A stretch of 64,000 bases of DNA from a virus (IMGVR_UViG_3300042009_000026:253368-317367), one strand, 5' to 3'. Shown: positions 27,801 to 40,557, counted from the first letter of the stretch. Made by a program: numbers and translations. The notes: a model not told the origin generated them from the sequence alone.

Positions 27801-29323
27801 TTGTTTGAACCGAATGGATCTTTGATGGTGCGATACGACTGTGCATCAGTCATGGCTTGTTCGAATGTACGTGGAGCAATGATACCCAACTTGTACAGAT
27901 CGTAAGCCGGTTGAGCAACGCCAGCTACAATGGGGACTGCTTCAGCCACTTCAGCAGGGATGGCATCGATTCGCTGAGTTTCGACCTTAAGCTCCCGTGG
28001 CCGATGAGCCAAGTCAGCATCACCTTCAATTTGGAGCTTCGTCGTGAAGAGCTCAGCATCCGGCGGTGTATAAGTTGCTCCATCTTCGGAGAAGTCAAGA
28101 GTGGGGAGACTAAAGGCCGGGAGATCGAGAGTGTCTTCGACGTGTGTACTGTCGACTTGACCATCCTCAGTTTCTGTTTCAACACCGTCTTCTTCTTGTT
28201 CCTCGTCCAGCTCATCTTTGTGCTTCCCGTTCTCATCCTCTTCAACATCTACTAATGAGGAGTGATCGATTACTGTGCTCATTACCTCAGCTTGATGACT
28301 ATATTCTGTCATCGCTGTAAGCAGAGATAATACTCGGCGTTGCATAACTGCTGGGGGGAAGAAAGCTTCCATACCCAGGGAATCTACAAAAGACTCAGTA
28401 GCAACTTGATTGGTCAAACCGTATTCTTGCATGACCCGATGGATGTGATTAAAAGCAGGTTGTTCTTCTGCTTTAATATCCTCGTAGCCGATATCAAAAA
28501 CTTCTTTACCGAAACGAGTGATAAACTCTTCAACCGATACTTCTACATCCGCATCTTTAGAACCATCACGCCATTCATCTAGTGCACCCATGTTCAAAAC
28601 AATGAACCGATCACGAGCACGGACCAAGAACCAGATCTTGCTGTACATATCCGGTTGAACTACCGACATCATCGACTGTTCACGGAATGGACCTAACCAA
28701 CGATACAGATCCCAAATAGAGAACTGTTGTGGCGTAGTAAACGTCTCCAGCATGGTTTGGTTCTGGTTATCCGACATCCGTTTAAAGGAAGCCAGATCAG
28801 GCATGTTCTCTGGAAGATGAATCTCTACGAACTGTTCCCAACCGAAACGACGGTGAGAAGCAGCAACGTTTTGCCAGAAGGTACGCTGGTTGTTAGACCA
28901 ACGCAGATACTGGGCTTTGAAGTTATTCTGATAGATCCACTGAGGGTCCAGCAGATTGTAGTTGAACACCATGACGTTGAGCGGGTTGATTGACAACGCC
29001 GCATCTTTAGTCAGGGGTTTGAAGAATGCATTCTGTTGACGGAACTCCGCCATCAGCTTAGTACCAGTCAATGCACTCTTACGTGGGTTGCCTTCTGTAG
29101 ATACCAGATGTGACACATGTTCGATGTAGACCTTACCCATCACGTTGTTAAACAACGGATCAGTTTGGCTAGGTCCACGAACAGCAGTGTTAGGATCAGA
29201 GAAGTGAACCACTGAACGATGAGGCAGGAATAGCTTGTTCAGTGGATGAAGCTTGGGGTTTTGAAGTTTGCCTTGTTCGAAGACAGTATACTGTTTCCGA
29301 AACTGTTCAATTGCTAAGCGCAT
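24839..29323 (-). CDS. Virion RNA polymerase beta-like subunit (phiKZ gp178-like)
   Basis: FMSNG..Y, EST.D.G.VG, NDD.KR, LEDG.VISE, VGDK....NQMK, GNTS beta motifs. Confidence 0.9.
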   Translation of the reverse strand: MRLAIEQFRKQYTVFEQGKLQNPKLHPLNKLFLPHRSVVHFSDPNTAVRGPSQTDPLFNNVMGKVYIEHVSHLVSTEGNPRKSALTGTKLMAEFRQQNAFFKPLTKDAALSINPLNVMVFNYNLLDPQWIYQNNFKAQYLRWSNNQRTFWQNVAASHRRFGWEQFVEIHLPENMPDLASFKRMSDNQNQTMLETFTTPQQFSIWDLYRWLGPFREQSMMSVVQPDMYSKIWFLVRARDRFIVLNMGALDEWRDGSKDADVEVSVEEFITRFGKEVFDIGYEDIKAEEQPAFNHIHRVMQEYGLTNQVATESFVDSLGMEAFFPPAVMQRRVLSLLTAMTEYSHQAEVMSTVIDHSSLVDVEEDENGKHKDELDEEQEEDGVETETEDGQVDSTHVEDTLDLPAFSLPTLDFSEDGATYTPPDAELFTTKLQIEGDADLAHRPRELKVETQRIDAIPAEVAEAVPIVAGVAQPAYDLYKLGIIAPRTFEQAMTDAQSYRTIKDPFGSNKSLEEAMEYAQEDYELPADTVLADSPTVLDKSMLGSKLKAMQRKYQTSLRNKDLINAVLSVQKQGTSVVNYEVEEVRNAMNHYEIHKVTLKPVRGKSGVIYFRIPVVDRDGRFMSNGVTYRMRMQRADLPIRKVKPDTVAMTSYYNKTFITRSHLAAHNYDAWITRQIRERGLDPEDDRITHVLYAELDQSEYALPRVYTQLGSAFRGFTSGPMFLYFKFDDHIEYFQTKYKIDATKHETKQYTMVGVHNGKTPILVDKTGQFYIKSQDNLEPLGSVVEMLGLDQAKAPLEGAFMNVGSKDLPLAFVLGYRYGLTATLKRLNAKFTRHRRGERIPLSSDNYVLAFQDEVLVFDRGDYRTQLILGGMRKYAKLLPNFSIYDFDKPDVYQRLLLETGMTARFTKEIDALFAAWMDPITEGLLKQMGEPTTFDGLLYRAVDMLLIDWSPAEVDGAYMRYRGYERMAGAVYNELNKAVKRFNGATGSAAVQVVMDPSVVWKKICQDPTVMVVEDSNPLANIREQESMTYRGDGGRSTTSMVARTRVYGEADVGVVSESTVDSGDVGVIAYLTPDANFNTMRGTTRPFDPTTDGPARQLSTCALLGVATTNDDTKRINFISIQQQQGIYADGYEPTPLRTGYEQIVAQRTSSIFASAAEDDGKVVAVDDHGITVEYANGETTSYQMGKIHGSAAGTHYPHSIVSDLKAGDSFKRGQTLAYNEKYFQNDRMSPGQVIWKAGVNTVVAFSDNLDTLEDGSVISESCAAKMNTQTTKIKSISVRFDQNIEGMVKIGDHVDLDSILCTIIDSDSGKSSVFDEVSRETLAKLSNYTPRAKVVGYVSKIECFYHGDRDEMSDSLRQVAYASDQEREKQAKSRGHEYFSGEVDHEYRIRGNGLEPQSLVINVYIDHDIPCGVGDKGVVANQMKTVFSRVMRGVNQTKSGLDIDLIFGNTSVEERMVLSPKLIGTTTILLAELSKHLVGVYRGTANAKSK

Positions 29324-29325
29324 GT

Positions 29326-30978
29326 TTAAGTCCTTGGTTTTGGATCGCCAGTCATATACCGGAGTACCAGGTTAACGGTGTGAATGGTTGAACTAAAAGC
29401 CAGACCACCCGTAGCATTCATGTAAGCAATGCGGGAGCGGAAGAAGTTATCCATTTCCTCGATAGACTCTTTACCGTAAACAATGTTCACCGATACCGTG
29501 TCACCGTCGAAGTCCGCACCCAGAGGGGAAAGGATAGAAGGCGATACAGAAGTCGAGTCGTGCCATTGTGCAGCCTTACCCACTTCAAGGATAGGGTACT
29601 CAAGAGCAGTAGGGGCATCAGGATCACGTTTAAAGTCTGGACCGAGTGGATAGCGTAGTTCACCTGTCACAGTAGTCTTCACGTAGATAGACACTGGGAT
29701 AGAACTGTTGTAGTTTTCTACGGGGTAACGAGTTACGAACCCACGCAGTTTATACCACATATTTAATCCGCTCAGGTAGATCAGCTCGGAGTAAGTAATC
29801 GGGCGTGCCCACTTCTGATCGAAACCAGGTGGGATATCGTTGATGTCTCGAATGATACGATAGTTCTTCTTATCATCCAAATACACCAAAGCTAGATAGT
29901 GATCAGCAACTTCAATAGGACGTGAACGTTTCTCGATAACTTCGAGTTCATTCATTACACGCTCCAAACCCTGAGGTGTAGACCATGTATCCATATCGTC
30001 AACCGATACATCCACCCATTCACGCACTAACGTCTTCTTGTTAACCAGTTCTACTCGGTTAGACATTGTATCGAAGATATCTCCGATCACTGAAGTACGC
30101 ATGCCATAGATCGTCTTAGGAGCTGCACCACGAGAAGCTTGGTGTAGGCCAATCACACAGTCTTTAAACTTAGGACGGTTAGGTTCACCCAAGTCAGCTG
30201 CGTTAGTATCCATAGAAGAGATAACGTTACGAGTGCCGTTGAACACTCGACGAGAAGCCCACTTAGATTGTACATAACCTGACTTACCAGAAATCAGTTT
30301 CTCGAAGTGGTCGTAGATCTCCTGTACCTTCAGCTGCATGGCTACACGACGGCGATCATACATCGACAGATCAGCCCCTTGACCGAAGTGTTCTGGGATA
30401 CCTGTAGACTGTTGCAGCAATACGCGATAGATGTCATTGATCTCATCGTATTCGATTCGACCATCGGGGTTAGGCTCAGCATCACGATAACCAGCAGGGA
30501 TAACCAACATGGAATCCATAGTGGAACGATCACGGTTCTCATTGACCAACTTCAAACGAACTCGACGAATATCAGAATCCGTTTCCTTAAATACTACACG
30601 CTTCCAATTATCAAAGAAGAACGTATAACCTGTTTGTCCATCCAACTCAGATGCTTTAACAAAATCTTTGGTCTCTTCATCGAATACGGCATAAGCACGA
30701 CCGAGCAAGATTTCCTCATAGAAGCCTTTCAGCTTCAGGATGTTACGATACACTAGGGGATGGATTACAGGGAGACCCAATTTGATGTAACCGAAGTTAC
30801 TCTCCCGTTCGTGACTGCCTGGCCGTCCGAAGATAGAAACGGAGAACAAGCCCTCTTCATGGAAGTTGCCCCCACTACCCACGAAGATCTCGTGTGAGGT
30901 TACTCGCCCTAAACGGGAGAGCATATTTCTGTCTGGGATTAGCAGAGCAATGTTGAAAGGTAATAACGCCTTTTTCAT
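29326..30978 (-). CDS. Virion RNA polymerase beta'-like catalytic subunit (phiKZ gp180-like)
   Basis: ADFDGD catalytic motif, GLFS..IFG, RNVIS, RYP; start at MKKALL. Confidence 0.92.
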   Translation of the reverse strand: MKKALLPFNIALLIPDRNMLSRLGRVTSHEIFVGSGGNFHEEGLFSVSIFGRPGSHERESNFGYIKLGLPVIHPLVYRNILKLKGFYEEILLGRAYAVFDEETKDFVKASELDGQTGYTFFFDNWKRVVFKETDSDIRRVRLKLVNENRDRSTMDSMLVIPAGYRDAEPNPDGRIEYDEINDIYRVLLQQSTGIPEHFGQGADLSMYDRRRVAMQLKVQEIYDHFEKLISGKSGYVQSKWASRRVFNGTRNVISSMDTNAADLGEPNRPKFKDCVIGLHQASRGAAPKTIYGMRTSVIGDIFDTMSNRVELVNKKTLVREWVDVSVDDMDTWSTPQGLERVMNELEVIEKRSRPIEVADHYLALVYLDDKKNYRIIRDINDIPPGFDQKWARPITYSELIYLSGLNMWYKLRGFVTRYPVENYNSSIPVSIYVKTTVTGELRYPLGPDFKRDPDAPTALEYPILEVGKAAQWHDSTSVSPSILSPLGADFDGDTVSVNIVYGKESIEEMDNFFRSRIAYMNATGGLAFSSTIHTVNLVLRYMTGDPKPRT

Positions 30979-31031
30979 CTTTCGGGTCCTTTTGGGGTTA
31001 ACGATATGAAGTTCATGTCTGGAGTTTGACC

Positions 31032-34000
31032 ATGGCAAGCAATAAAACAAAATTAGCAGAAGCTAGTAATAAGTCAGCATTTGATTTCGATGATGACTTT
31101 GGTGGCTTCGATGATGATCCGCTTGGTGGCAGTAAAAAGTCTCCTGTCCAGCAATTCATGTCCGGTTTTAAAGACGGGATCATCGATACAAGTAAAAATA
31201 AAAGTCTGTTAAAAGCATTTTTAACAAACGGCGCCCCTAAGGGTTATGACCGCTTATTCGGCATGTACGATTCAGCGAAGTCATCCGTAGGTTCTTTGAA
31301 AGATCACTTGGAGAGAACTAACCCAGGTGACCTGCAATACCTTTTCAAACGAGCAGAGTCTTTCTTGCCGTCAATGAAAGGTAAACTATCCGAGACAACT
31401 TACGATCGGATTAATACGGCTCTATCCAATAAGGCTGAGCAGTACAAATATCAAATTGAAGCGAACCAAGATCAGGGTCGTTTAGCTATCCGTCGTCAGA
31501 AGGTGGAAGACGAAGCAACGATCAAACAAGGCTTGGGTGAAGATCTTCGTAGTGCAGTAGACCAAGGGACTGTTGTTCAACGCAATTTGTTCAACATGGG
31601 TCAGGAAGCTGACCAGCGTCGCTGGGACCTCGAACGTATTGAACGTGGCCTACGTGACCAAGTCGATAACAAACACCAGCAGAACGTAGCACGTGGGCTT
31701 GCACAGGCAGTTGATGCACTGACTCGCACATCGTCTTACATGGAACAAGTAGATTACGATTTTAAACGTAAAGGTTTGGAATTACAGTTCCGTTCGTATC
31801 AAGCACTGCGTGATATGTCCAAGATGGCTGAAGCTTCTCTGCAAATGCAGAACAAAGCATTCCAAGCTCTGGTTCGTAACACTGGATTACCTGACCACTT
31901 AAAGTCTTCAATGAAAGACTTAGTCGGTATGAACGTACGTCAAGGCATGGCTAATGCCGGTACTTCGATGGTGGGTAGATCCCTATCGAGTTTCCTCGGT
32001 GGCTATGGCAGTGATGTACAGAATCGCGTTAATAGTAAAGCATCTGGTGCACTGAGTGGAATTGTACAGGGTCTACAAACTGGCGAGTCCATGTCAGGTA
32101 TGTGGGGTCAACGTTATCAACTGGCTGGTAACTTAGCAGCTGATGGTGTTCACAGTTTAGCTCGTAACACCATTGCACCGATCTTAGGACGTATGGCTCG
32201 TCCTGCTATGACCCGGATGTCTAATAAACACGGTAAGGGCAAACACAACCAAATCGGCTATATGGCTGATAACATGCCAGCCATGCTGCAAGAGTTCGTG
32301 AACAACTATCAGAACTCGTATGGCGCTAAAGGCGTACTGCAGGATATGCTGCGTCCATTCGCTCCGCAATTCGGTTTGGATCAATCTACCAAAGCAGGCA
32401 GCTATCAAACAATTGGCCAGCACACAGCCTTCAACCAATTGTCACAGCGTTCCCTGACTGAGATCCTCCCAGGATTCCAAGCTCGTATCTTACGTGAACT
32501 GCGTATGATGCGCACAGGTAAAGACGATGTTCCTTTAGAAGTGTTCGATATCACTAAAGGTATTTTCACTACTTCTAAAGATGCACAGAGTAGCATCAAA
32601 GATCGTATTGTCTCTAAAGGCGTTACGCGAATGGTATCTGGTCAGATCAACGATACCATGGACCATATCGACTCCGAAGGTAAGTTGTCACCTGGTGCCC
32701 GTAAGGCATTGAGCGAACGTCTGTTGCGGGATGCTTCTTCTAACAAACGTTTCGATCCAATGAAGTACGGGTCGAAGTATGGTTATAAAGAAGGGACTTC
32801 TAAGGAAACTTTACAAGAACTGGAAGACTTCTTTAATAGTCAGTTTGAAAAGGATTCGAAAGGTAAGTTTGCTGATACCGCTAAGAACCATGAGAAACGT
32901 AAAGGCATGTCGGACAAGTTCCTAGACATCCGTAACGTATCGCGTGATCCAGCACAAGAGATCCACCGTTTGATCGAAGCTGGTGATACTGGCCAACTCC
33001 GTGAATTGGGTATCTTGACGACTGAGCAAGGTGTCGATCGTATCAACTACCAGATGCTGTGGAAAATGATGTCAGCAGACGTCAGCATGAAACATGCTGG
33101 TACTGGTGCGAATTACCATGATGCAGCCAGTGACTCAAGTAATAAGAACTTTGTTGGTCCACACTTCCCTGGGGCTTTCTCGGCCCGTGCTCAGAATGGC
33201 GCTATCCAGTTCATGGATAAGAATGGCCAACGCATGAAAGATGGTGCTAAACGCATCGGTAGTGGCGCTCGTGATCTCATGGATCAGTTTAAGTCTGACC
33301 CAATGCAGTTTATGCGGGATCAGTACAATCAAGGTTCTACCGCTGTTAAAGGCCGGGTAGATAATCTACGTGATTCGGCTAGTGCCGCAGCTGCAGCAGC
33401 TCAAGCTGGTGGGCTCCCAGCGATTATGGAACACTTCTCTGCTCAAGAGAAACTTGACTTTGCTAAAGCTTTGCTGAACAACGTTATCGATAAAGAACCT
33501 CCAGCAATGAAGGAAGCTCGGTTGCAGATGGCTCAGGCTATTATCAACTCGATTTCGTCTGGTAAAGAAGCTGGTCAGAAATTGTTGGCAACTGAGGGTG
33601 GTCAGAAAGCATTAGCAGCAGGTAACAATGCTTTAGCTTTAGGTCATGACAAAATTGACCAAATCCGTCAGTCTCAGGCTATGGGTATTGTCGATCTTAA
33701 ACTAGAAGGTGCTAACGATACGCTTATTAAAGCTATCGACATTATCCAAGGTAAGTTGATTGACGTTAATACCGGTAAACTCATTGAGAAAGCTTCTGAC
33801 ATTACGGGTGAAGTTCGTAACCACTTAGGTCAACAAGTTGCATCCGCTGAAGAAGTAGCCCGTGGTCTTTATGACAACCGTGGCCAACTGATGGCGCAAG
33901 CCAAGTCAAAACTTGATGCAGTGCAGAAAGTTATTGCAGCCCATGCACAGAAAGGAGTAGACACAGCCAAAGCTAAGATGGATGACATGAAAGATTGGTG

Positions 34001-37000
34001 CCTTGAAGGTTCCGATAAAGTCATCATCAAAGCACGTGATCTGATCGAAGGTAATATCATCGATGAAGAAACTGGACAACCAATCTATTCGTTGGATGAC
34101 ATCAAAGGCAATATCACAGACAAATACGGTTTGTTGATTGCTACCGCTCAGGAACTGGGTCGCGGCTTGCGTTCCACTGATAATACCAAGTTCGATATGG
34201 CTGATGTCAAATCGAAAGCTGCTAAGATGGCTTCACAACTCTGGCGTGGGAATACCACACAGAACATCTTTGCTGGTATGAAAACAGCTGGGCGTGTGGC
34301 TTGGATGTTAGCCCGTAATACCGCTACTCGACTCATGGGTGATCGTGATGCTTATCTACCAGGTAAACTCAAGCCAGTCCTTACAGTTGAGAAACTGAAA
34401 GAAGGCGGGTACCTAGATGGTGATCATAAACCATACACTTCGTTCTCCGATATCAATGGTCCTGTATTTGATGCAGAATCTGGTGAACCTATCCTGGACA
34501 AAGATGAGTTGAAATTACTCGTTGAGTCCACAGGTAAGACACACAAGATCGCTAAGAATCGTGGTTTGATGCGTCGTGTGATGAAAGCGACTGTGGGTAA
34601 AGCTGCAGCCGGTTACTGGAACCTTACCAAGAAGTACTACGGTGCTTTGGGTCGTGAGATAGGTAATGAGGCTCACGCTCTAACTAAATCTGTTCTTGCT
34701 CCAATGGGCTCATTCTCTAAACGTCAACTGGCTAATCTGTCTACTACTGATCAAGTATTAGTACAGATCCGTGATGCTATCCGGGAAACCGTACCGAAGA
34801 AAAATCGGAAGGGTAGCTGGATGGATAAGAATGAACAGAAAACATCCGATGAAAAGAATAAGGATGCCAAGGAAGAAAAAGAACAGAAGGAATCCAAAGG
34901 TCTCTTCAGCAAAATGTCTATGGCCTTAGGTGGTTTGTGGGACAAGATGCGTGGTAAGAAGAAAGACGATGAGGAAGAGGGCGAAGGTGATGGCATCGGT
35001 TTAGGCGATGTTGCTGAAGGTGTACAAACTGCCAGTGATGTTAAAGACATGGCCAGAGGTTCACGAGGCAGACTGGGTAAGTGGGGCAGAAAGCTTGCTG
35101 GGTCGAAAGCAGGTAAGTTAGTTGGTAGACTGGGCAGTTCTACTATCGGGCGTGTAGCTGCTACCGCCGGTGGTCAAATGGCAATCCGTGGTTTAGCCAT
35201 GGCAGGTGCTGCACTAGCTGGTTTAATCTCTGCACCTGTACTGATCGGTGCCGCTGCAGTAGCAGGCGTTGGTATTGCTGGTTACTTTACTTACAAGTAC
35301 TTCGCTGGTGTTAAAGGCGAGTTCATGTCGGTCCGTATGTTGCAGTATGGTATTACGTCTACCCGTCAACGGCATAAAGTCCTAGAGCTTGAGAAACTCT
35401 TCGAGAAGTCTGCTGTACGTGGAGCTGAGCCTAAGCTAAACATTCGCGGCGATGATGGTGCTAAGATCATGGATATCATGGGCTTCACCAAAGACGATGA
35501 AGCATCTATTCATCGGTTCGCTCGTTGGGTGGATCTGCGTATGAAGCCAGTGTTCCTTACTTGGATGAAAGCGTTAAACACCGTAGGCAAAATGGACATT
35601 GCCATGAGTGATATCGAAGACAAGCTTGATGATAAGCTGAAGGGCACTCTGGTTAAAGAGATTACTCTGCCTTATAATGAAGGTTCTGTGTTCGGTATGC
35701 GTGATAACCCATTTGGTGATACTGAACCACTCGATGACACTGTTGCGGAAACCCAAGAACGTATCAAAGAACTGACTGAGAAATATAAGGTCGATAGTTC
35801 TAAAGATGCTGGGAAAGACAAGTTGCCTGGTGAGAAACCTAAAGGTACTGCAGAAGCTTCTAATAACAAAGAAGGAGCAGCTCTGGTAGGTGCCACAGCA
35901 GCCGCTGCCGCTAAGGTAGCTGTTGATGAAGCAAAGGCCATTGGTAAAGCATCTAACGATGGTAAAGCTGAAGCCGCTAAATCCGTATCACAACGGGTTA
36001 ATGAGATGGCTAAGGTTGCTGGAGTAGGTGCAGCTGGTGGCGCAATGTTGCTAGTTGGCCCTGTGCCGATCGCTTCGTCAGAACTAGCCGCTCTGGATTC
36101 TATTCGTGCCCGTGCCTACGGTATGGAAACACTGAACAAGAACCAGATGGAAGCTTTGATCGCAATGGAAACCCGTGTGGATCTACAATCCAAAACGGAT
36201 CAAGCTGGTCAAGTTAAGTTCAATGGCGATATGGAGAAATTCATTACCGCTGCCGGTGGGTTGTTCGGTATGAACACTGCTGACCATGGTCCTGATCGGG
36301 TGAAGTTTGTTCACTGGTTCATGGATCGATTCCTACCTATCTGCGAAACCTTCTTGACTAATGCGCGTATCACTTACAAAGGGAAACCCGGTAATGCTGC
36401 TACTGGTATTAAACTGGGTGATCAAGTTCGTGTAGCGAATGCGGTATTGGGTGCAGTAAGTCCTAATGGTACTAGTGTTTGGTCTAGTCCTTCCATCTTC
36501 GAGGTGAAAGGCAAACTGGAAGACCTGAAAGGGTTGGCTGATATCGACATGGCTTATCTCCAGAAGCAAGCTGATGCAGTGATGGCCTCTCCGACACAAT
36601 CAGCAGGTGCTCAAGCTCAAGGAGCCCAAGATGCAGCTGGTGGTAAGTCTTTCCTTGGTAGCGTTGCAGATAAGGTAGGTAATGCCTTTAATGCTGTTAC
36701 TGCGAGTATCGCTGATGCTGGTCGTTCTACTGGTGCTGCTTTAGGTAGCGCTGCTTCAACTGTGAAAGGTTGGGTTAGCGGTGCTGCTCGTGAAGTTGCT
36801 GCTACAGCAGTTACTGCTTACGGCGCTGCTTCTGAAGCTGTATCTGGTCAGTCGTATGGATATGTGTCAGGTGGTAACGGTGGTTCATGGGAACAGGTTC
36901 CAATGCCTACATCGAAAGATGCTAAAGGTTCCCGGAAGACTATGGAAGTTGTTGCTACAATGACAGGCGTTCCTGTTGAGTATCTGATGATCTTCTGTGC

Positions 37001-38018
37001 AATGGAATCCAATTTCGATTGGACTGCCAAAGCAGGAGCCGGTGGTTCTGCTACTGGTTGGTTCCAGTTCATCAACTCGACTTGGGATTGGATGGTCCAA
37101 CTGAATGGAGCCAAATATGGTTTCCCTCCAGACATGGGTCGTCGCCTACGGTTAGATCCACGGATGAACGCACTGATGGGTGCCGAGTACATGAAGTACT
37201 CAATGGGTGTGATTAAGAAAGGTACCGGCAAAGATCCGTCTGATGTCGATCTGTATCTTGCTCACTTCCTTGGTCCTGGTACCGCTGTGAAGTGGATCAA
37301 TATGGATAAGTCCATTATTGGTGCTTCGGCTTTCCCTAAAGAAGCTGCTGCCAACCCATCGATCTTTAAACCGAAAGGCCAACCACTCCGTACGTTGGGT
37401 CAGATTGAGAAATCATTCGATGACCGTATGGCTAGGTTCCGTACTCTTGCAACAGCAGGTACTGCGGCAGGCGCAGCTGTTCCTCTGAAAGTGGAGGACG
37501 TTGAGAAACAAGCAGCTGAAGCCAAGGCTAAAGAAGCAGAATCGGCAGCTAAGGCAGATGAGAAATTCATCCCTGGTGTATCGGCAATGCCTGGTGGTCC
37601 TTCGGCCACTGGTTCTACTCCGACCAATACTGGTACGGGTGGTCCTACATTGCCTGCGGCATCGGGTGCAGCTACTCAAGCTCCAGCGGGTGCATCTACT
37701 GCTCCGGTTGGTGTAACTGCTCCTACAGCTGCACAGGCAACTACACCTGCGGTATCGCAAGAGGTCAATCCTAGTACTCAAGCAGCGCAAGCGGCTTCCC
37801 TAGCGAAAGATCAACAACGTGCAATCCAAGTACAGCAGTCTACACAAAACGACACAGCGATCATGGGTGTTCAACAAGAACAACTCGTCACTCAGAAAGC
37901 CATGTTGGAAGTATTGAATAAACTGTTGCAAGCTCAAGGTGCTGGTGACCAGGGCAATAGTATGCCCAAGCCACAGACGCGCTCAGCTAACAAAGCTCAG
38001 TTCCCTGTTCCTGTCTAA
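31032..38018 (+). CDS. Giant tail-associated protein with lytic transglycosylase domain (phiKZ gp181-like)
   Basis: About 2328 aa; [30 protein letters not shown] motifs; hydrophobic segments; SD GGAG. Confidence 0.9.
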   Translation: MASNKTKLAEASNKSAFDFDDDFGGFDDDPLGGSKKSPVQQFMSGFKDGIIDTSKNKSLLKAFLTNGAPKGYDRLFGMYDSAKSSVGSLKDHLERTNPGDLQYLFKRAESFLPSMKGKLSETTYDRINTALSNKAEQYKYQIEANQDQGRLAIRRQKVEDEATIKQGLGEDLRSAVDQGTVVQRNLFNMGQEADQRRWDLERIERGLRDQVDNKHQQNVARGLAQAVDALTRTSSYMEQVDYDFKRKGLELQFRSYQALRDMSKMAEASLQMQNKAFQALVRNTGLPDHLKSSMKDLVGMNVRQGMANAGTSMVGRSLSSFLGGYGSDVQNRVNSKASGALSGIVQGLQTGESMSGMWGQRYQLAGNLAADGVHSLARNTIAPILGRMARPAMTRMSNKHGKGKHNQIGYMADNMPAMLQEFVNNYQNSYGAKGVLQDMLRPFAPQFGLDQSTKAGSYQTIGQHTAFNQLSQRSLTEILPGFQARILRELRMMRTGKDDVPLEVFDITKGIFTTSKDAQSSIKDRIVSKGVTRMVSGQINDTMDHIDSEGKLSPGARKALSERLLRDASSNKRFDPMKYGSKYGYKEGTSKETLQELEDFFNSQFEKDSKGKFADTAKNHEKRKGMSDKFLDIRNVSRDPAQEIHRLIEAGDTGQLRELGILTTEQGVDRINYQMLWKMMSADVSMKHAGTGANYHDAASDSSNKNFVGPHFPGAFSARAQNGAIQFMDKNGQRMKDGAKRIGSGARDLMDQFKSDPMQFMRDQYNQGSTAVKGRVDNLRDSASAAAAAAQAGGLPAIMEHFSAQEKLDFAKALLNNVIDKEPPAMKEARLQMAQAIINSISSGKEAGQKLLATEGGQKALAAGNNALALGHDKIDQIRQSQAMGIVDLKLEGANDTLIKAIDIIQGKLIDVNTGKLIEKASDITGEVRNHLGQQVASAEEVARGLYDNRGQLMAQAKSKLDAVQKVIAAHAQKGVDTAKAKMDDMKDWCLEGSDKVIIKARDLIEGNIIDEETGQPIYSLDDIKGNITDKYGLLIATAQELGRGLRSTDNTKFDMADVKSKAAKMASQLWRGNTTQNIFAGMKTAGRVAWMLARNTATRLMGDRDAYLPGKLKPVLTVEKLKEGGYLDGDHKPYTSFSDINGPVFDAESGEPILDKDELKLLVESTGKTHKIAKNRGLMRRVMKATVGKAAAGYWNLTKKYYGALGREIGNEAHALTKSVLAPMGSFSKRQLANLSTTDQVLVQIRDAIRETVPKKNRKGSWMDKNEQKTSDEKNKDAKEEKEQKESKGLFSKMSMALGGLWDKMRGKKKDDEEEGEGDGIGLGDVAEGVQTASDVKDMARGSRGRLGKWGRKLAGSKAGKLVGRLGSSTIGRVAATAGGQMAIRGLAMAGAALAGLISAPVLIGAAAVAGVGIAGYFTYKYFAGVKGEFMSVRMLQYGITSTRQRHKVLELEKLFEKSAVRGAEPKLNIRGDDGAKIMDIMGFTKDDEASIHRFARWVDLRMKPVFLTWMKALNTVGKMDIAMSDIEDKLDDKLKGTLVKEITLPYNEGSVFGMRDNPFGDTEPLDDTVAETQERIKELTEKYKVDSSKDAGKDKLPGEKPKGTAEASNNKEGAALVGATAAAAAKVAVDEAKAIGKASNDGKAEAAKSVSQRVNEMAKVAGVGAAGGAMLLVGPVPIASSELAALDSIRARAYGMETLNKNQMEALIAMETRVDLQSKTDQAGQVKFNGDMEKFITAAGGLFGMNTADHGPDRVKFVHWFMDRFLPICETFLTNARITYKGKPGNAATGIKLGDQVRVANAVLGAVSPNGTSVWSSPSIFEVKGKLEDLKGLADIDMAYLQKQADAVMASPTQSAGAQAQGAQDAAGGKSFLGSVADKVGNAFNAVTASIADAGRSTGAALGSAASTVKGWVSGAAREVAATAVTAYGAASEAVSGQSYGYVSGGNGGSWEQVPMPTSKDAKGSRKTMEVVATMTGVPVEYLMIFCAMESNFDWTAKAGAGGSATGWFQFINSTWDWMVQLNGAKYGFPPDMGRRLRLDPRMNALMGAEYMKYSMGVIKKGTGKDPSDVDLYLAHFLGPGTAVKWINMDKSIIGASAFPKEAAANPSIFKPKGQPLRTLGQIEKSFDDRMARFRTLATAGTAAGAAVPLKVEDVEKQAAEAKAKEAESAAKADEKFIPGVSAMPGGPSATGSTPTNTGTGGPTLPAASGAATQAPAGASTAPVGVTAPTAAQATTPAVSQEVNPSTQAAQAASLAKDQQRAIQVQQSTQNDTAIMGVQQEQLVTQKAMLEVLNKLLQAQGAGDQGNSMPKPQTRSANKAQFPVPV

Positions 38019-38023
38019 AAACT

Positions 38024-38052
38024 AGGGCTCACCTTCGGGTGGGCTTTATTTT
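38024..38052 (+). terminator. Intrinsic terminator
   Basis: AGGGCTCACC-TTCG-GGTGGGCTTT-ATTTT. Confidence 0.8.
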
Positions 38053-38068
38053 GTCTAAAGGTCCCAAT

Positions 38069-40048
38069 ATGGCAACTCCAACAGTTGATACACCAGTATG
38101 GCTTCGACAAGCATTCCTATTACCTACGTCACAAAATCAAGTGTCTTACGGTTCAGAGACTCGTCGTCGTTTTGCGAACTCCGCAGCCTTCAAGTTTACA
38201 AATACAACACCCGGTGGTAACTTTACCATCAACAACTTACCGCAATATACTCGCCATGCTGATATCCGTCAACCTGGCCGTGGGCGTGACCCCAAGAATA
38301 AGCGACTGGGTATGGGTCGTTACTACTCAGAAGCACATGATGACTTAGCACAAAAGTTGCACATGTCATTCGGTGTTCCGCGTTTCTCTAGCTGGGCTTC
38401 ATTCTTCACTAACTTCTACGATCGATCGGCTGCTACCTTTGCTAACTCTGGTAAAACAACAGACATGTGGTACCAACTCGGTAACACGTTATCGTTCGTT
38501 GTATCGTTACCAGTGCAGCCTTTCATCATTGGTATTACCGCAGTATCTCGGGTACTGTCGTTCTTGTCGAAGTCGTCCCCATCTAAATGGTTTTATTTCA
38601 AACCTACGATGCATGCTTATTGGTCTGCTGTTAACACGTTAGCAAACGAATTCGCAATTAACATGGGATTGCAACCTCGGCTATATACTGACCCTGATAC
38701 CCAAAACCAAATGGCAGATCCTGGTCAAACTGTGACAGTTGCAGATATGCAGCACTTCTCTACATTGATGCCTGGGTTGTTCTCGCCAAAAGGTGGTGTC
38801 GATGTAATGTCACTGGCCGGACGAGCTCAGCGTAAAGCAGATGAATCTAGAAAAGCTTGGGAAGCAATGGCTGAGAAGGCTAGGAATATAGAAGACCTTA
38901 AAGCAGGTCTGGCTACCCACATGGCCACATACAACCGTGATCCGAATAGCGAAGTATCGACTCGTGAATATTTCCTGAAGTATCTGGCAGCTGATCCAAT
39001 CGGTGAATCGGCAGTTATTGACTCGGAGAAGTTTACAGAATGGGGAGATCTGTCTAAGGTAATGAATTTCATTACTGGTGCTCAGCGGGATGGTATGCAG
39101 TTCGTAACACTACGTGCTGACTATAATGGTGAACAATCTGAATCCTTTACTAGTTCCACTACTTCGGTAGGTGTTGCACAAACACTGAATACCAAAGTAA
39201 CAGAAGGACGTACCGCACAATTCAACTTCATGGATGGTAACATCACGGAATTGACAGGTGCTGCATTCGGGGCCATCAAGAGTTTCGTTAACGGTGCACT
39301 GGACATGGTTAACATGTCGGGTCTAGCAACCCTAGCTGGTTCTGCTTTCGTAGACGTACCCGAGTACTGGGAGTCTTCAGTTGCATCGTTGCCAACTGCA
39401 TCTTACACGATTCCATTAATCTGTGCTCATGGTAACAAGATGTCTCGATTCTTAAACATCTATTTACCATTGGCAATGATCCTACCAATGGCTCTACCAC
39501 GTTCTGCTGGTCGGTCGGCGTATACTTCACCGTTTATCTGTCAGCTATTCCACCAAGGTCGTAACCATAAGCAACTAGCGATTGTTGATTCGTTAACAAT
39601 TCGACGTGGTACTGGTCATGTAGGTTGGAACGCTGATAACGAGATGCTGAACTGCGAAGTACAGATCTCTGTGAAAGACTTGTCTAAGATCATGCATATT
39701 CCACTGAAAGCTGGCTTTGCTTCTGCTAGCTGGTTGGGTACGGCTGCTCGTGGTGCTGCAGCTTCTGCTGCTGAAATGGTAGGTGAAACTACGCTCAATG
39801 CCACAGTAGCTTTGACCAACGGGGCAGTATGGGATGAACAGTCTTTGTTTAGTGACTACACTGCAACATTAACGTCCCAGGCCTGGTCCGATATTTATTA
39901 CTCCGGTAAACGGTTGAATCTAAATATCGCTAAACAAGTTCAGGCATTTCAAACTTGGCGTAGTCCGACTAACTTCATGTCGTGGGTATTGGATGGAGAG
40001 GTTGCACGTACCATGTCTGCATTTGCTCAAGCGACCGATAGATTCTAA
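38069..40048 (+). CDS. Baseplate/tail structural protein (phiKZ gp182-like)
   Basis: Follows the gp181-like gene; ATG 38069 with AAAGG SD. Confidence 0.7.
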   Translation: MATPTVDTPVWLRQAFLLPTSQNQVSYGSETRRRFANSAAFKFTNTTPGGNFTINNLPQYTRHADIRQPGRGRDPKNKRLGMGRYYSEAHDDLAQKLHMSFGVPRFSSWASFFTNFYDRSAATFANSGKTTDMWYQLGNTLSFVVSLPVQPFIIGITAVSRVLSFLSKSSPSKWFYFKPTMHAYWSAVNTLANEFAINMGLQPRLYTDPDTQNQMADPGQTVTVADMQHFSTLMPGLFSPKGGVDVMSLAGRAQRKADESRKAWEAMAEKARNIEDLKAGLATHMATYNRDPNSEVSTREYFLKYLAADPIGESAVIDSEKFTEWGDLSKVMNFITGAQRDGMQFVTLRADYNGEQSESFTSSTTSVGVAQTLNTKVTEGRTAQFNFMDGNITELTGAAFGAIKSFVNGALDMVNMSGLATLAGSAFVDVPEYWESSVASLPTASYTIPLICAHGNKMSRFLNIYLPLAMILPMALPRSAGRSAYTSPFICQLFHQGRNHKQLAIVDSLTIRRGTGHVGWNADNEMLNCEVQISVKDLSKIMHIPLKAGFASASWLGTAARGAAASAAEMVGETTLNATVALTNGAVWDEQSLFSDYTATLTSQAWSDIYYSGKRLNLNIAKQVQAFQTWRSPTNFMSWVLDGEVARTMSAFAQATDRF

Positions 40049-40122
40049 TGAAGAAATACTTCGGGGTGTGATCTAATGTAGACACACCCGTGTCGTTTCG
40101 AAACCACAACTGGAGATTTACA

Positions 40123-40524
40123 ATGAGCATCCTCAAAAATATCGGTCTGTTCATCCTCGGTGATTCTGCTCTGGCAGAAATCAAGAATGAAGTAGTTGAA
40201 CTGACTACCCGTACCGTCCTTACCACCGAAGCACGAAAAGTTTTCACCGACCGTACTTCTTTTGGTGAACGTGAAGACTTCCTTCAGAATGAACTACATG
40301 AAACTGGCCGTCGGCGTCAAGTACAAGCTGCTCTTCTGACGCAATTGACCGGTAGTGGTGATAATGCTTTCACTGTAGCTGATGCTGCTCGTAAAGCAGA
40401 AGAATCTGGCGAAGGTTTCATGAAGAAGAAAGCAGCTGTTCTGAAAGTCGTCAAAGAACTAGGCCTGAGCAAGTCCAAGTCCCAGCTCGTGATCGAACTG
40501 GCTGTTCAGTTGATCAAAGACTAA
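40123..40524 (+). CDS. Hypothetical protein
   Basis: ATG 40123 with GGAG SD. Confidence 0.7.
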   Translation: MSILKNIGLFILGDSALAEIKNEVVELTTRTVLTTEARKVFTDRTSFGEREDFLQNELHETGRRRQVQAALLTQLTGSGDNAFTVADAARKAEESGEGFMKKKAAVLKVVKELGLSKSKSQLVIELAVQLIKD

Positions 40525-40531
40525 ACATAGT

Positions 40532-40557
40532 GGCTATCCTTCGGGATAGCCTTTATG
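40532..40557 (+). terminator. UUCG hairpin flanked by CATA/TATG
   Basis: AAACATAGT-GGCTATCC-TTCG-GGATAGCC-TTTATG. Confidence 0.75.
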
